Shown: in pieces, positions 49,861 through 59,670 of the stretch
Layout: each line of letters starts with the position of its first letter
Numbering within the stretch: the first letter of the stretch is position 1
From: Candidatus Omnitrophota bacterium
Lineage (GTDB): Bacteria; Omnitrophota; Gorgyraeia; 1-14-0-20-64-10
Assembly: GCA_023818695.1 (NCBI GenBank)
Contig: JAMWCF010000001.1
Span: 339,306 to 403,305 of the forward strand
DNA: 64,000 bases
Direction: 5' to 3'
Made by a program: the position numbers and the translations under genes
The notes under the pieces: model-generated
What the model saw: the letters and a program-made list of their open reading frames with translations, nothing else
Database searches by the model: none
What the model was told of the DNA's origin: nothing

Positions 49861-50655
49861 ATGAATCCGAAAATCCGTCTTATCGTCACCGGCTGCTGCG
49901 GCCGAATGGGCTCCTTGATCGCCGAGGAAGCGCTCAAAAGGGGGGATCGTTTCGTCCTGGCCGCCGCCATCGAGCACGATTCGCACCCAATGATCGGCCG
50001 GCCGCACCCCACCGCGCCGTTCCTGAAAATCTCTACCGACCTGAAAACCGCGCTGGGACAGGCGGACCTGCTCGTCGAATTCACGACGCCGGAGGCGACC
50101 CTTTCCAATGCAGCGCTGGCCGCCTCGGCAAAAATCCCCATGGTGATCGGGACAACCGGCTTTTCTGCCGGCCAGATGGAAACCCTCAAAAAACACTCGG
50201 TCCACACGCCGATCTTCTGGTCCCCCAATATGTCGATCGGCATCGTCATCATCCGCAGGGCCATTCACCACGTTTCAGAACAGTTGTTCAAATTCGGGTT
50301 GGGGGCGCAAACGCATGTCCAGATCTCCGAGACCCACCACACCAGAAAGAAGGACAAACCGAGCGGCACGGCCAAAGCCCTGGCGGAAGAGCTCCTGAAA
50401 GCCACCGGCTGGCTGGTCAAAGACGAGGAGATCGAATCGGTTCGGGAAGGGGAGGTGGTGGGGATCCATTCGGTAACTTTCAACACCGGTCCGGAACTGA
50501 TCACCCTCCGTCACGAGGCGGTGGACCGGCGCCTCTTCGCCCAGGGGGCCCTCTTGGTCGCCGGAAATTTTCACAAGATCCTCAACGGAAACAAAACCGG
50601 CTGGTACTCCATGGATGACTTCACGAACGCGATGCAAAACCAGCGGGTCCCATGA
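49861..50655 (+). CDS. dapB: 4-hydroxy-tetrahydrodipicolinate reductase
   Basis: GCCGRMG, GTTGF, ETHHTRKKDKPSGTA. Confidence 0.93.
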   Translation: MNPKIRLIVTGCCGRMGSLIAEEALKRGDRFVLAAAIEHDSHPMIGRPHPTAPFLKISTDLKTALGQADLLVEFTTPEATLSNAALAASAKIPMVIGTTGFSAGQMETLKKHSVHTPIFWSPNMSIGIVIIRRAIHHVSEQLFKFGLGAQTHVQISETHHTRKKDKPSGTAKALAEELLKATGWLVKDEEIESVREGEVVGIHSVTFNTGPELITLRHEAVDRRLFAQGALLVAGNFHKILNGNKTGWYSMDDFTNAMQNQRVP

Positions 50656-51860
50656 CGGCAATGCGATCCATCATTCCCCCCGTCGCCGGCCGGTTGCAGC
50701 AACTGCCCCCCTATCTTTTTGTCCAGATCGACGCCATGAAGAACCGTCTCCTTCGCCAGGGAAGGGACGTCATCGATATGGGGGTGGGGGACCCGGATGA
50801 ACCGACCCCCGGCTTCGTCCTGCAGGCGATGGTCAAAGCGATCAAGGACCGGGCGAACCACCAGTATCCTTCGAACAAGGGACTGGCGGTCTTCCGGGAG
50901 GCGATCGCCCGCTGGTACAGGAAGAGATTCGGCGTCACGCTGGATCCGGCCGCCGAAATCCTCCCCCTGATCGGTTCCAAGGAGGGGATCGCCCATCTTC
51001 CTTTGGCTTACGTGAATCCGGGGGACCGAGTTCTCTGCCCGGATCCCTGCTACCCTCCTTACAGGACCGGGACGATCCTAGCGGGAGGAATACCGGTCTC
51101 CTTTCCCCTGTTTTCCAAAAATCAGTTCCTGCCGGACCTGGATCAGCTGAAAAAACAGGCCCGCAAGGCCAAGCTCCTTTTTCTGAACTACCCGAACAAC
51201 CCGACCGCCGCCGTGGCAACCCTTGGTTTTTTCAGAGACGCCGTTGCTTTCGCCAGGAAAACAAAGGTGCCTGTCTGCCACGACGCCGCTTACTCCGAGA
51301 TCGGCTACCGGGGTTTCCGGCATCCCAGCTTCCTGCAGGCCCCCGGGGCCAAAGAGGTGGGGATCGAGTTCCACTCCCTTTCCAAAACATTCAACATGAC
51401 CGGCTGGAGGATCGGCTGGGTCTGCGGAAACAAGCAGATGATCGCCGCGCTGGCCAAGGTCAAATCGAATATCGACTCCGGCGTTTTCCAGGCAATCCAG
51501 CTGGCGGGAATCCAGGCGCTCCGAGATAACGGCGGCCACCTCAATCGGATGCTGCGCATCTATGAAACCCGCATGAACGTGATGGTCCAAGCGCTTCAAA
51601 AAGCCGGATGGCCGGTCACGCCGCCGAAAGCCACCTTTTACCTCTGGACACCGATCCCCTCCTCAAAGCGGTCTCAAGAGGTCGCGGCCGATCTGCTGGA
51701 AAAGCAGGCGATCGTCGCCACTCCCGGCGTCGGTTTCGGACGGTACGGGGAAGGTTTCATCCGGTTCTCCTTGAGCATCCCGACACCGAGAATCCGGGAG
51801 GCGGCGCGGCGGATCGGACGGCTGGCGGTATGGCCCTACACGACTGCTTCATCGCCTTAG
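50652..51860 (+). CDS. dapL: LL-diaminopimelate aminotransferase-type class I aminotransferase
   Basis: LPPYLFVQIDAMK, GVGDPDEPTP, NYPNNPT, PLP Lys in SKTFNMTGWRIG. It sits directly after dapA and dapB, with no dapD, dapC or dapE in the cluster. Confidence 0.75.
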   Translation: MTAMRSIIPPVAGRLQQLPPYLFVQIDAMKNRLLRQGRDVIDMGVGDPDEPTPGFVLQAMVKAIKDRANHQYPSNKGLAVFREAIARWYRKRFGVTLDPAAEILPLIGSKEGIAHLPLAYVNPGDRVLCPDPCYPPYRTGTILAGGIPVSFPLFSKNQFLPDLDQLKKQARKAKLLFLNYPNNPTAAVATLGFFRDAVAFARKTKVPVCHDAAYSEIGYRGFRHPSFLQAPGAKEVGIEFHSLSKTFNMTGWRIGWVCGNKQMIAALAKVKSNIDSGVFQAIQLAGIQALRDNGGHLNRMLRIYETRMNVMVQALQKAGWPVTPPKATFYLWTPIPSSKRSQEVAADLLEKQAIVATPGVGFGRYGEGFIRFSLSIPTPRIREAARRIGRLAVWPYTTASSP

Positions 51861-52318
51861 GTTCCAACCTCGGCGACAGGGAAGAGAACCTGCGGACCGC
51901 TGTCGAAAAACTGCGCCTTCTTCCAAGTACTCGCCTATTGAAAATCTCCGCGTGGCTGGAAAACGAGCCGGTCGGGGGCCCGACCGGCCAGGGAAGGTAC
52001 CTCAACGGGGTTGTGCACCTGCAGACGGAACTCTCCCCTCAAGAACTGATGAAATCCCTTCAGCGGATTGAAGCGGAGATGGGCCGGCCGAGCCGACGAA
52101 TTCGGTGGGGTCCGCGGATCATCGATCTGGATCTGCTTTCCTGCGGAGACATTGTCCTGACATCACCGAATCTGAACCTCCCGCACCCGCGTCTTCACGA
52201 ACGCCCTTTTGTCCTGGCGCCTCTGGCCGAAATCGAGCCGGCCTGGCTTCACCCTCTTTTTCAAAAAACAGCGGTCCAGCTGCTCAACGACCTTTCATGC
52301 AGATCGTCCGGGGGATAA
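51830..52318 (+). CDS. folK: 2-amino-4-hydroxy-6-hydroxymethyldihydropteridine diphosphokinase
   Basis: ATG 51830; FIALGSNLGDR, WGPRIIDLDLL, LPHPRLHERPFVL. The longer ORF from 51608 overlaps dapL. Confidence 0.9.
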   Translation: MALHDCFIALGSNLGDREENLRTAVEKLRLLPSTRLLKISAWLENEPVGGPTGQGRYLNGVVHLQTELSPQELMKSLQRIEAEMGRPSRRIRWGPRIIDLDLLSCGDIVLTSPNLNLPHPRLHERPFVLAPLAEIEPAWLHPLFQKTAVQLLNDLSCRSSGG

Positions 52319-53163
52319 AGCCGCTGCGCCGCCTGATCCGGCGGGCCAAGAAACAGGGAAAAACCATCGGGTTCGTCCCGACGATGGGTGCCCTGCACGA
52401 AGGCCATCTCTCCCTGATCCGGGCGGCCAAGGTCGGCAACGACCTGGTTGCCGTCTCCATCTTCGTCAATCCGATTCAATTCAACCGGAAAACCGATCTG
52501 GCAGCTTACCCGCGCCCCCTGCGGCAGGACATCCGCCTGTGCAAAAAAAGCGGGGTCGATTTCCTCTTCATCCCGTCCGTCAAAACGATGTACCCAGCCG
52601 GGTTCCAGACCATCTGCGAAGTACTAGAGTTGAGCCGCCCCTGGGAAGGATTCTTCAGGCCGGGCCATTTCCGGGGCGTAACCACCGTCGTGGCGAAATT
52701 ACTCAACCTCGTCCAGCCGGACACCGCCTACTTCGGCGAGAAGGATTTCCAGCAGGCCGCCATCATCCGCCGGATGGTCCGGGACCTGAATGTCGACGTC
52801 CGGATCAAGGTCCTGCCCACCATCCGTGAGAAGGACGGCCTGGCGATGAGTTCCAGGAACCGGCTGCTTCCGTCGGAGCTCCGACGGCCGTCGAGAACCC
52901 TTTTTCTGGCTTTACAGGAGGGACGGCGGTTGATAGAATCAGGTGAGCGTCGACGGAGCGTCGTCGAGCGGCGGATGCGTTCGATGATCCGGACAATTCC
53001 GAGGTCCCGTCTCGAATACTGTGTCCTCGTCGATCCGGCCGGTTTGAGAAGGGTCCCCTCGATCAAAGGGGAAGTCGTCGCTCTGCTGGCGGTATGGGTC
53101 GGCTCGACGCGCCTGATCGACGCCATGAGGATCCGGCCGCGTCGGACCACAAGGATGCGCTGA
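52297..53163 (+). CDS. panC: Pantoate--beta-alanine ligase
   Basis: ATG 52297; [38 protein letters not shown]. Confidence 0.95.
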   Translation: MQIVRGIKPLRRLIRRAKKQGKTIGFVPTMGALHEGHLSLIRAAKVGNDLVAVSIFVNPIQFNRKTDLAAYPRPLRQDIRLCKKSGVDFLFIPSVKTMYPAGFQTICEVLELSRPWEGFFRPGHFRGVTTVVAKLLNLVQPDTAYFGEKDFQQAAIIRRMVRDLNVDVRIKVLPTIREKDGLAMSSRNRLLPSELRRPSRTLFLALQEGRRLIESGERRRSVVERRMRSMIRTIPRSRLEYCVLVDPAGLRRVPSIKGEVVALLAVWVGSTRLIDAMRIRPRRTTRMR

Positions 53164-53168
53164 AGAGA

Positions 53169-53570
53169 ATGTTGCGGACCATTTTGAAATCAAAAATCCA
53201 CCAAGCTACCGTGACGGAGGCCAATCTCCAGTACGAGGGATCGATCACGATCGACGCCGAGCTCATGGAGGCGGCCGATCTTCTGACGTGGGAAAAGGTG
53301 CATGTCGTGAACCTCCATAACGGAAGCCGGCTGGAAACCTACTGCATCCCCGGCCGGGCGAGATCCGGCACCATCTGCCTGAACGGAGCCGCTGCCCGAT
53401 GGGCCCAGGTGGGAGATACCGTCATCATCCTCTCCTACAGCCAGGTGGAGGACCGGCTGGCCCGGGCCGCCAAGCCCAGAATCGTTTTCGTGGATAAAAA
53501 CAACCGGATCACTTCAAAAACGTTTTTGTCGGAGGTAATCCAGGCGGGAATCCCCAAGAGCGGGGTTTGA
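53169..53570 (+). CDS. panD: Aspartate 1-decarboxylase
   Basis: [29 protein letters not shown] (self-processing Gly-Ser), NGAAAR. Confidence 0.95.
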   Translation: MLRTILKSKIHQATVTEANLQYEGSITIDAELMEAADLLTWEKVHVVNLHNGSRLETYCIPGRARSGTICLNGAAARWAQVGDTVIILSYSQVEDRLARAAKPRIVFVDKNNRITSKTFLSEVIQAGIPKSGV

Positions 53571-53614
53571 TTGCGCAGTTTCTCAAGCAGGTTTCCTGGA
53601 CGATTTGTTAAGCC

Positions 53615-54415
53615 GTGTTGACCATCGGACTTGTCGGGTGTGGAGTGATCGGCTCTCGGCTCGCTTCTGAAATTCAAAACCGGTTCAGAACAAAGGCACG
53701 ACTCATCGGCGTCTGCGACAAAGAACCTCACAAAGCGCGTCTCTTGGGAAGGACACTGCGCCCCCCGGTCCCGGTGCTGACGAAAAAACAGATCGTTTCA
53801 AGATCCCGCCTCATTCTGGAAACCGCCTCTGCCCAAGCGGTGGGTGAAATCCTGCCTGAAATCGTAAAGCAAAGGAAAGCCCTTCTGACCCTTTCGGCCA
53901 GCGGGCTTCTGCGATACCCCCGCCTGCTTCAGAAAGCCGTCAAGGCCCAAATCCCTCTTTACGTTCCCAGCGGCGCCCTGGCCGGCCTGGACGGCGTCAA
54001 GGCGGGTCGGGTCGGAAAACTCATCTCTGTGACGCTGAAAACAAGGAAACCTCCCCGGGCCCTGATCGGCGCGCCGGGGGTGGGGAAGATGAACCTGCTT
54101 TCCCTGAAACGCCCCCGCTTGATCTTTTCCGGGTCGGCTTCCCGCGCCATCTCTCTTTTCCCCCAGAACATCAACGTCGCCGCCACCTTGGCCCTAGCAG
54201 GGATCGGGGCCAAGCGGACGCGGGTGCAGATCATCGCCGATCCGTCCCTGCGGACCAACATCCATGAGATCACCGTGGTGGGACAATTCGGGCGGCTGAT
54301 CGCCCGGACGGAAAACCGGCCGTCCAAGGAGAACCCGAAAACGAGCCAGTTGGCGGTCGATTCAGCCGTCACAACATTGCGTCAAATTCTTGACCCCTTC
54401 AGGATCGGCACATGA
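53615..54415 (+). CDS. nadX: L-aspartate dehydrogenase-like protein (NadX family)
   Basis: IGLVGCGVIG, PSGALAGLDGVKA, NINVAATLALAG, NIHEITVVGQFG, NPKTSQLA. Confidence 0.75.
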   Translation: MLTIGLVGCGVIGSRLASEIQNRFRTKARLIGVCDKEPHKARLLGRTLRPPVPVLTKKQIVSRSRLILETASAQAVGEILPEIVKQRKALLTLSASGLLRYPRLLQKAVKAQIPLYVPSGALAGLDGVKAGRVGKLISVTLKTRKPPRALIGAPGVGKMNLLSLKRPRLIFSGSASRAISLFPQNINVAATLALAGIGAKRTRVQIIADPSLRTNIHEITVVGQFGRLIARTENRPSKENPKTSQLAVDSAVTTLRQILDPFRIGT

Positions 54416-54501
54416 TCCTGAAGGACGCTGGTGATGTGTGCGAAAAAGGGAAGCAGTGAAACAGATTAACAACCGAGATAATACAGGGGGTAAAACCAAA
54501 A

Positions 54502-54747
54502 GTGGCTGAAAAGGTCGCGAAAGCAGGCATCAAGCGGGTCAAGGGTTATCTGTACTACCTGGACAAGCAGGGTGACATCTCGAGAGCCAAGATGGCCCGC
54601 GGCGGTTCCAAGGGTGGTCGTCCCGAGAAAGTGATCAAGCTGGGCGTCAAGCGCGCGGATGGCTACCTTTACTTCATCGACAAGCAGGGAGACGTCTCCC
54701 GGGCCCGCATGGTCCGGGGAGGAAAGAAGAAGAGAAGCCGCCGCTAA
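54502..54747 (+). CDS. Small basic protein built from two tandem repeats of about 33 aa; function unknown
   Basis: GTG start 11 nt after [40 protein letters not shown] versus [33 protein letters not shown]; Lys/Arg-rich tail. Confidence 0.6.
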   Translation: MAEKVAKAGIKRVKGYLYYLDKQGDISRAKMARGGSKGGRPEKVIKLGVKRADGYLYFIDKQGDVSRARMVRGGKKKRSRR

Positions 54748-54779
54748 GCGCCTCTCTTTTCTTCACGCTGAATACCAGG

Positions 54780-54825
54780 GCACCCCGCCGACCGTCCATC
54801 ACAAGGCGCGGCGGGGTGCTCTTTC
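54780..54825 (+). terminator. Candidate intrinsic terminator hairpin
   Basis: Perfect 11-bp GC-rich stem GCACCCCGCCG / CGGCGGGGTGC (54780-54790 and 54809-54819), 18-nt loop, weak U tract TCTTTC. Confidence 0.5.
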
Positions 54826-54837
54826 AAAGGGAGTTTT

Positions 54838-57678
54838 ATGAATACCTCGCCTATCATCATCCGGGGAGCGCGGGAGCACAATCTCAAGGGGATTGACGTC
54901 GAAATTCCCCGAAATCGCCTCGTCGTCGTCACCGGGCTATCCGGCTCCGGCAAATCCTCCCTGGCGTTCGACACCATCTACGCGGAAGGCCAGCGCCGGT
55001 ACGTGGAGAGTCTCTCCGCCTACGCGCGCCAATTCCTGGAACAACTTCAGAAACCGAACGTGGAGCAAATCGAGGGGCTTTCCCCCGCCATCGCCATCGA
55101 ACAGCGGACCGCAGGAGGGAATCCCAGGTCGACCGTCGCAACGCAAACGGAGGTCTATGATTACCTGCGCCTGCTCTTCGCCCGAATCGGCATCCCCCAC
55201 TGCCCGAAATGCGGCCGCCCGATCCAGCGGCAGTCCGCCCAGGAGATCGTCGAGCAGATCCTGAAGAGCCATAACGGCCGTCCAGTTGTCATCCTGGCCC
55301 CGATTGTTCAGGGGCGTAAGGGGGAATACAAGGAGCTCCTGCGGGACGCACAGAAGGAGGGGTTTATCCGGGCGAGGATCGACGGCGTCATCAAAGAATT
55401 GGACGGCGCCATCGCGCTGGACAAAAAGAAAAAACATTCCATCGAGCTGGTTGTCGACCGACTGCAAGTGTCACCCCAGATCAAACAGCGGCTGAACGAT
55501 TCCATCGAAACCGCCCTGAAAGCAGGCAAGGGGACCGTTCTGGTCACGCCGCAGAACAAAGGGACCTCCCAGGATGCTGTCTTCAGCGAACGATACGCCT
55601 GCGCCCTGTGCGGCATCAGTCTGCCGGAGCTGGAACCGCGGCTCTTTTCATTCAACAGTCCCTACGGCGCCTGCCCGGCATGCCACGGTCTGGGCACGAA
55701 GGTGGAGGTCGACAAGGATCTGGTGATCCCGGACCCCTCCAAATCGATCGCCGAAGGGGCTCTCGAGCCCTGGCGCAGAGGAGGGCGGGGATACATCCTT
55801 TACCACCGGGCCCTCATCCGCGAATTCGCCGAGCAGGCCGGCTTCAGTCTGAATACCCCTTTCAAGCGACTTCCCGAAAAGATCCGCAGGGCCATCCTCC
55901 ACGGTTCAAAGGAGGTGGATGTCTGGGGCCGGCCGTTCGAAGGGATCATTCCCAACATGGAGCGGCTTTTCGAGGAGAGCGACTCCGACTTCGTCAAGGA
56001 AGAGATCTCCAAATACATGGCGATGCAGCCGTGCCCCTCCTGCCGGGGCAACCGCCTGAAACCGGAAACGCTGGCCGTCCGGGTGGCCGGCCTGTCCATC
56101 ATGGAGGTCACCCGGATGACCGTTTCCGAGGCCCTGCCTTTCTTCAGCGGAATAAAGCTGAATTCCCGTGAAACGGCGATCGCCGCCCAGATCCTGAAAG
56201 AGATCAAACTGCGCCTGCGGTTCATGACGGACGTCGGACTGGAATACCTGACGCTGGATCGTCCCAGCAACACACTCTCCGGAGGGGAGGCCCAGAGGAT
56301 CCGTCTGGCGACGCAGATCGGCGCCGGCCTGGTCGGTGTCCTTTACATTCTGGATGAGCCATCCATCGGGCTGCATCCCCGCGACACCGACCGACTCCTG
56401 AAAACGCTCAAATCGCTGCGCGACCTGGGAAACACCGTCATCGTCGTGGAACACGATGAAGCCACCATTCGGGCCGCCGACTACATCCTGGATCTCGGCC
56501 CCGGGGCGGGAAAACACGGCGGCGAGATCGTGGCGGCAGGCACCCTCCGGCAGATTTTGGAATCGGAAAAATCGCTGACCGGCCAGTACCTGCGAGGGGA
56601 GCGGACCATCCTCCCGCCGGCATCCAGGCGCCCCTGGCGGCAGCGGCCCTTCATCCAGGTGACAGGGGCACGCGAGAACAACCTCAAGAATGTCACGGTC
56701 CGCATCCCTCTGGGGACCCTCACCTGCGTGACCGGCGTTTCCGGCTCCGGTAAGTCAACGCTGGTGGACGTTACCCTTTACAGGGCCATTGCGCAGAAGC
56801 TCTACAAAACGAAGATCAAACCAGGCGCCTTCGACCAGTTGACCGGCGTCGATCAGATCGACAAGATCATCGTGATAGACCAGGACCCGATCGGCCGGAC
56901 GCCCCGGTCCAACCCGGCGACCTACACGGGCGTCTTCTCGGACATCCGGGACCTGTTCGCCAAAACGCAGGAAGCGCGCGCCAGCGGCTACCAGCCCGGC
57001 CGTTTCAGCTTCAACGTCAAGGGTGGCCGGTGCGAGGCCTGCCAGGGGGAAGGGGTCATCAAGGTGGAGATGCATTTTCTCCCGCCCGTTTACGTGACCT
57101 GCGAAGTCTGCAAGGGCAACCGTTTCAACGAGCCGACGCTCCAGGTCCGGTACAAAGGGTTCTCGATCGCGGACGTTTTGCGGATGACGGTGGAGGAAGG
57201 ACTCGATCTTTTCCGCGCCATTCCAAAAATCCGCCACCGGCTCCAGACCCTGCTCGACGTCGGCCTGGGATACATCGAGCTGGGACAGCCGGCCACCACT
57301 CTTTCCGGCGGGGAAGCCCAAAGAGTCAAGCTGGCATCGGAGCTTTCCCACAAAGCCACGGGAAAAACCCTCTACATCCTGGATGAGCCGACGACGGGAC
57401 TGCACCTGGCCGACACCGAGAAGCTCCTGAAGGTTCTCCATGCGCTGGTCGACCAAGGAAACACGGTGTTGATCATCGAGCATAACCTCGAGGTGATCAA
57501 AACGGCCGATTACCTGGTGGACCTGGGCCCCGAAGGAGGGGCAGCGGGAGGGAAGGTAGTGGCCTGCGGCTCTCCGGAAGAGGTCTCGCGCGTCGAGGGC
57601 TCTTACACCGGGATCTTCCTGCGTTCGGTATTGAACCGTCTGCCTCAATCTGGTATAGTCAAAATGGCAACTTCTTGA
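54838..57678 (+). CDS. uvrA: Excinuclease ABC subunit A
   Basis: Two ABC modules (GLSGSGKSS and [17 protein letters not shown] twice), Zn fingers CPKCG, CALCG..CPAC, CEAC..CEVC. Confidence 0.98.
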   Translation: MNTSPIIIRGAREHNLKGIDVEIPRNRLVVVTGLSGSGKSSLAFDTIYAEGQRRYVESLSAYARQFLEQLQKPNVEQIEGLSPAIAIEQRTAGGNPRSTVATQTEVYDYLRLLFARIGIPHCPKCGRPIQRQSAQEIVEQILKSHNGRPVVILAPIVQGRKGEYKELLRDAQKEGFIRARIDGVIKELDGAIALDKKKKHSIELVVDRLQVSPQIKQRLNDSIETALKAGKGTVLVTPQNKGTSQDAVFSERYACALCGISLPELEPRLFSFNSPYGACPACHGLGTKVEVDKDLVIPDPSKSIAEGALEPWRRGGRGYILYHRALIREFAEQAGFSLNTPFKRLPEKIRRAILHGSKEVDVWGRPFEGIIPNMERLFEESDSDFVKEEISKYMAMQPCPSCRGNRLKPETLAVRVAGLSIMEVTRMTVSEALPFFSGIKLNSRETAIAAQILKEIKLRLRFMTDVGLEYLTLDRPSNTLSGGEAQRIRLATQIGAGLVGVLYILDEPSIGLHPRDTDRLLKTLKSLRDLGNTVIVVEHDEATIRAADYILDLGPGAGKHGGEIVAAGTLRQILESEKSLTGQYLRGERTILPPASRRPWRQRPFIQVTGARENNLKNVTVRIPLGTLTCVTGVSGSGKSTLVDVTLYRAIAQKLYKTKIKPGAFDQLTGVDQIDKIIVIDQDPIGRTPRSNPATYTGVFSDIRDLFAKTQEARASGYQPGRFSFNVKGGRCEACQGEGVIKVEMHFLPPVYVTCEVCKGNRFNEPTLQVRYKGFSIADVLRMTVEEGLDLFRAIPKIRHRLQTLLDVGLGYIELGQPATTLSGGEAQRVKLASELSHKATGKTLYILDEPTTGLHLADTEKLLKVLHALVDQGNTVLIIEHNLEVIKTADYLVDLGPEGGAAGGKVVACGSPEEVSRVEGSYTGIFLRSVLNRLPQSGIVKMATS

Positions 57679-57697
57679 AATCAAGGTAGTTACACGA

Positions 57698-58381
57698 ATG
57701 CCCATCTCCCTTCTCGAGCTGTTCCAGAGAGGCGGTCCTGTTATGTGGCCGATCCTCCTGGCCTCTGTTATTGCCCTGGCCATCATCATCGAACGGCTCT
57801 GGGCTTTTTACCGGACCGATATCGACGGAACCCGTTTCCTGGCCGGCGTCTCCAGCGCTATCCAAACGCGCCAACTCGAACTGGCCCTGCAACTGTGCGA
57901 TCAGACACCGGGACCTCTTTCCCGAATGATTAAAAGCGGCATCGCGCAGATCGGCAAACCCAGGACGCAGATCCTGGAGGCGATGACAGAAACCGCCTCC
58001 GCGGAAATTTCCAGTCTCCAGCGCTACATCCCGTTGCTGGGAAGCATCGGCCACATGGCTCCTCTGCTTGGCCTTCTCGGCACGGTGACCGGGCTGGTCC
58101 GATGCTTTCAAACCATTCAAGAGAAAGCGACGACGTTGAACCCTGTCAATCCCGGGGATCTAGCGGGCGGAATCTGGGAAGCGCTTTTGACAACCGTTTT
58201 CGGGCTGCTGGTGGCCATCCCAGCCTACGGTTTTTACAACTACCTTGCCCACAGGGTCAACACGATGATGCATGACATGGAGCAGACCGCCGTCAAATTT
58301 TCTCGGTTTTTATCCGACGAGTCACCCCGAAGTGGCTCTTTTTCGGAAACAGAATCGATCGAATCGCATGCAGGGGTTTAG
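57698..58381 (+). CDS. MotA/TolQ/ExbB proton-channel protein (second copy)
   Basis: GGPVMWPILL, APLLGLLGTVTGLVRCF, ALLTTVFGLLVAIP. Confidence 0.88.
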   Translation: MPISLLELFQRGGPVMWPILLASVIALAIIIERLWAFYRTDIDGTRFLAGVSSAIQTRQLELALQLCDQTPGPLSRMIKSGIAQIGKPRTQILEAMTETASAEISSLQRYIPLLGSIGHMAPLLGLLGTVTGLVRCFQTIQEKATTLNPVNPGDLAGGIWEALLTTVFGLLVAIPAYGFYNYLAHRVNTMMHDMEQTAVKFSRFLSDESPRSGSFSETESIESHAGV

Positions 58382-58784
58382 CTCCTTCAAGAAAAAAACC
58401 GGTCTCCCACTGGCGGTCGGCATGGACACGACCCCCCTCATCGATATCGTTTTCCAGCTTCTCATCTTCTTCATGCTGACCTCCGCCTTCGTCTACCAGC
58501 CCGGCATCAAAGTCCATCTGCCGAAGGCGGTCACATCCGAACTGGCCAGCAGAGAAACGATCGTCGTCACCATCTCGGGCAACAGCTCCCTTTTCCTCGG
58601 TTCCCGCGCCGTGACGCTCAAAGAGCTGGAATCGCACCTTCAAAAATCGGCCCAGTCCAATCCGTCCATCCTGATCCGGGCGGACCATCAAACTGCTCTC
58701 GGCCGCGTTGTTGAAGTGTGGGACCTGTGCCGGGCCGTCGGCCTGCGCCAGGTGAACATCGCCACAAGCTCGGAAAAATCTTAA
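58368..58784 (+). CDS. ExbD/TolR-family protein (second copy)
   Basis: ATG 58368 overlaps the upstream gene by 14 nt; MDTTPLIDIVFQLLIFFML TM segment; periplasmic domain. Confidence 0.85.
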   Translation: MQGFSSFKKKTGLPLAVGMDTTPLIDIVFQLLIFFMLTSAFVYQPGIKVHLPKAVTSELASRETIVVTISGNSSLFLGSRAVTLKELESHLQKSAQSNPSILIRADHQTALGRVVEVWDLCRAVGLRQVNIATSSEKS

Positions 58785-58820
58785 AAATACGGCCTTTCAT
58801 AAAGGAGGCACAGTAGATTC

Positions 58821-59018
58821 ATGATCACGGAAATCGGCATCGTCGCGGGGGAGGTGTGGCATTACCTGGACAAACACGGGGAGATCACTCTCTCACAGCT
58901 CGTGCCGGGAATCAAACAACCGCGCGACATCACCCTGATGAGTGTCGGATGGCTTGCCAGAGAGGGGCACGTGGTGATATGGCAAGAGCAGAGTGACCTC
59001 AAGATCCGGCTCCGGTAA
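58821..59018 (+). CDS. Small winged-helix protein (DUF2582-like)
   Basis: 65 aa; IGIVAGEVWHYL...LMSVGWLAREGHV resembles the DUF2582 signature as I remember it. Confidence 0.6.
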   Translation: MITEIGIVAGEVWHYLDKHGEITLSQLVPGIKQPRDITLMSVGWLAREGHVVIWQEQSDLKIRLR

Positions 59019-59041
59019 ATTGAACCAGGACTAAACCGACG

Positions 59042-59401
59042 ATGCCATCCCTCAAGAAGGAGCTGAAACAGCACCGGCAAGCGGACCCGTGCCTGGTGCT
59101 AAGCACCGCCGGCTCCTCCGAAGAGGCCTCTAAACTTGCCAAGGAGATTCTCGAGAAGAAGCTGGCCGCTTGCGTCAACATCATTCCTTCTATTTCCTCC
59201 ATCTACTGGTGGCAGGGAAAGATTGAAACCTCCCCGGAAAGTCTGCTTCTTATAAAGACTCTACAAAGCCAGCTAAAACCGCTTTCTGACTTTCTGAAAC
59301 TGCATCACCCTTATGAAGTTCCGGAGCTCGTAGCCCTGCCTATTTTTTGGGGAAATCAGGTATATTTAGATTGGTTAAAAAAGAGTATTAAAAGCCCTTG
59401 A
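59042..59401 (+). CDS. cutA: Divalent-cation tolerance protein CutA
   Basis: KLAACVNIIPSISSIYWWQGKIE...HPYEVPELVALPI. Confidence 0.88.
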   Translation: MPSLKKELKQHRQADPCLVLSTAGSSEEASKLAKEILEKKLAACVNIIPSISSIYWWQGKIETSPESLLLIKTLQSQLKPLSDFLKLHHPYEVPELVALPIFWGNQVYLDWLKKSIKSP

Positions 59402-59438
59402 CAAATCCTGCTAAAAAAAGCATGCTAAAAGCAACTGG

Positions 59439-59475
59439 TATCAAATATTATCAAGTCATATCAAGCCATATCATG
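59439..59475 (+). repeat. Four direct TATCA(A/T) repeats with exact 10-bp phasing in an AT-rich spacer
   Basis: TATCAA at 59439, 59449 and 59459, and TATCAT at 59469; the last unit contains ATG 59473. Confidence 0.7.
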
Positions 59476-59667
59476 CGCATCCGGCGGGTAAAAAAGGTCT
59501 ATTTAAACGCCACTGAAGCGGCGGCGACCCTTGGTATCTCCAAGCAAACCCTTTTGAGATATGAGGGCAAGGGGATCTTCCCGAAAGCCAACCGCAACCA
59601 GGTCAACGGCTGGCGAGAATACACCGAACAGGACATCCAGAAACTAAGAAAGATTATAGGTCGCTAA
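59473..59667 (+). CDS. Short MerR/excisionase-type helix-turn-helix protein
   Basis: YLNATEAAATLGISKQTLLRYEGKGIF...WREYTEQDIQKL. ATG 59473 is preferred over TTG 59398 and ATG 59422 because the upstream part is AT-rich repeat DNA. Confidence 0.65.
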   Translation: MRIRRVKKVYLNATEAAATLGISKQTLLRYEGKGIFPKANRNQVNGWREYTEQDIQKLRKIIGR

Positions 59668-59670
59668 AAC

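Noticed and set aside
59398-59403. TTGACA hexamer as the -35 element for the MerR-type HTH / pil-like genes, or TTG 59398 as that gene's start codon.
   Set aside because: No acceptable -10 hexamer lies 16-18 nt downstream (CATGCT or ATGCTA). The hexamer also overlaps the cutA stop codon. The TTG-initiated extension would be encoded by AT-rich repeat DNA and adds 25 residues before the HTH.
59473-59667. Small MerR/excisionase-like HTH as a marker of a prophage or integrative element.
   Set aside because: No integrase, recombinase, phage structural gene, att-like repeats or tRNA gene is nearby. The flanking genes are chromosomal housekeeping and pilus-type genes.
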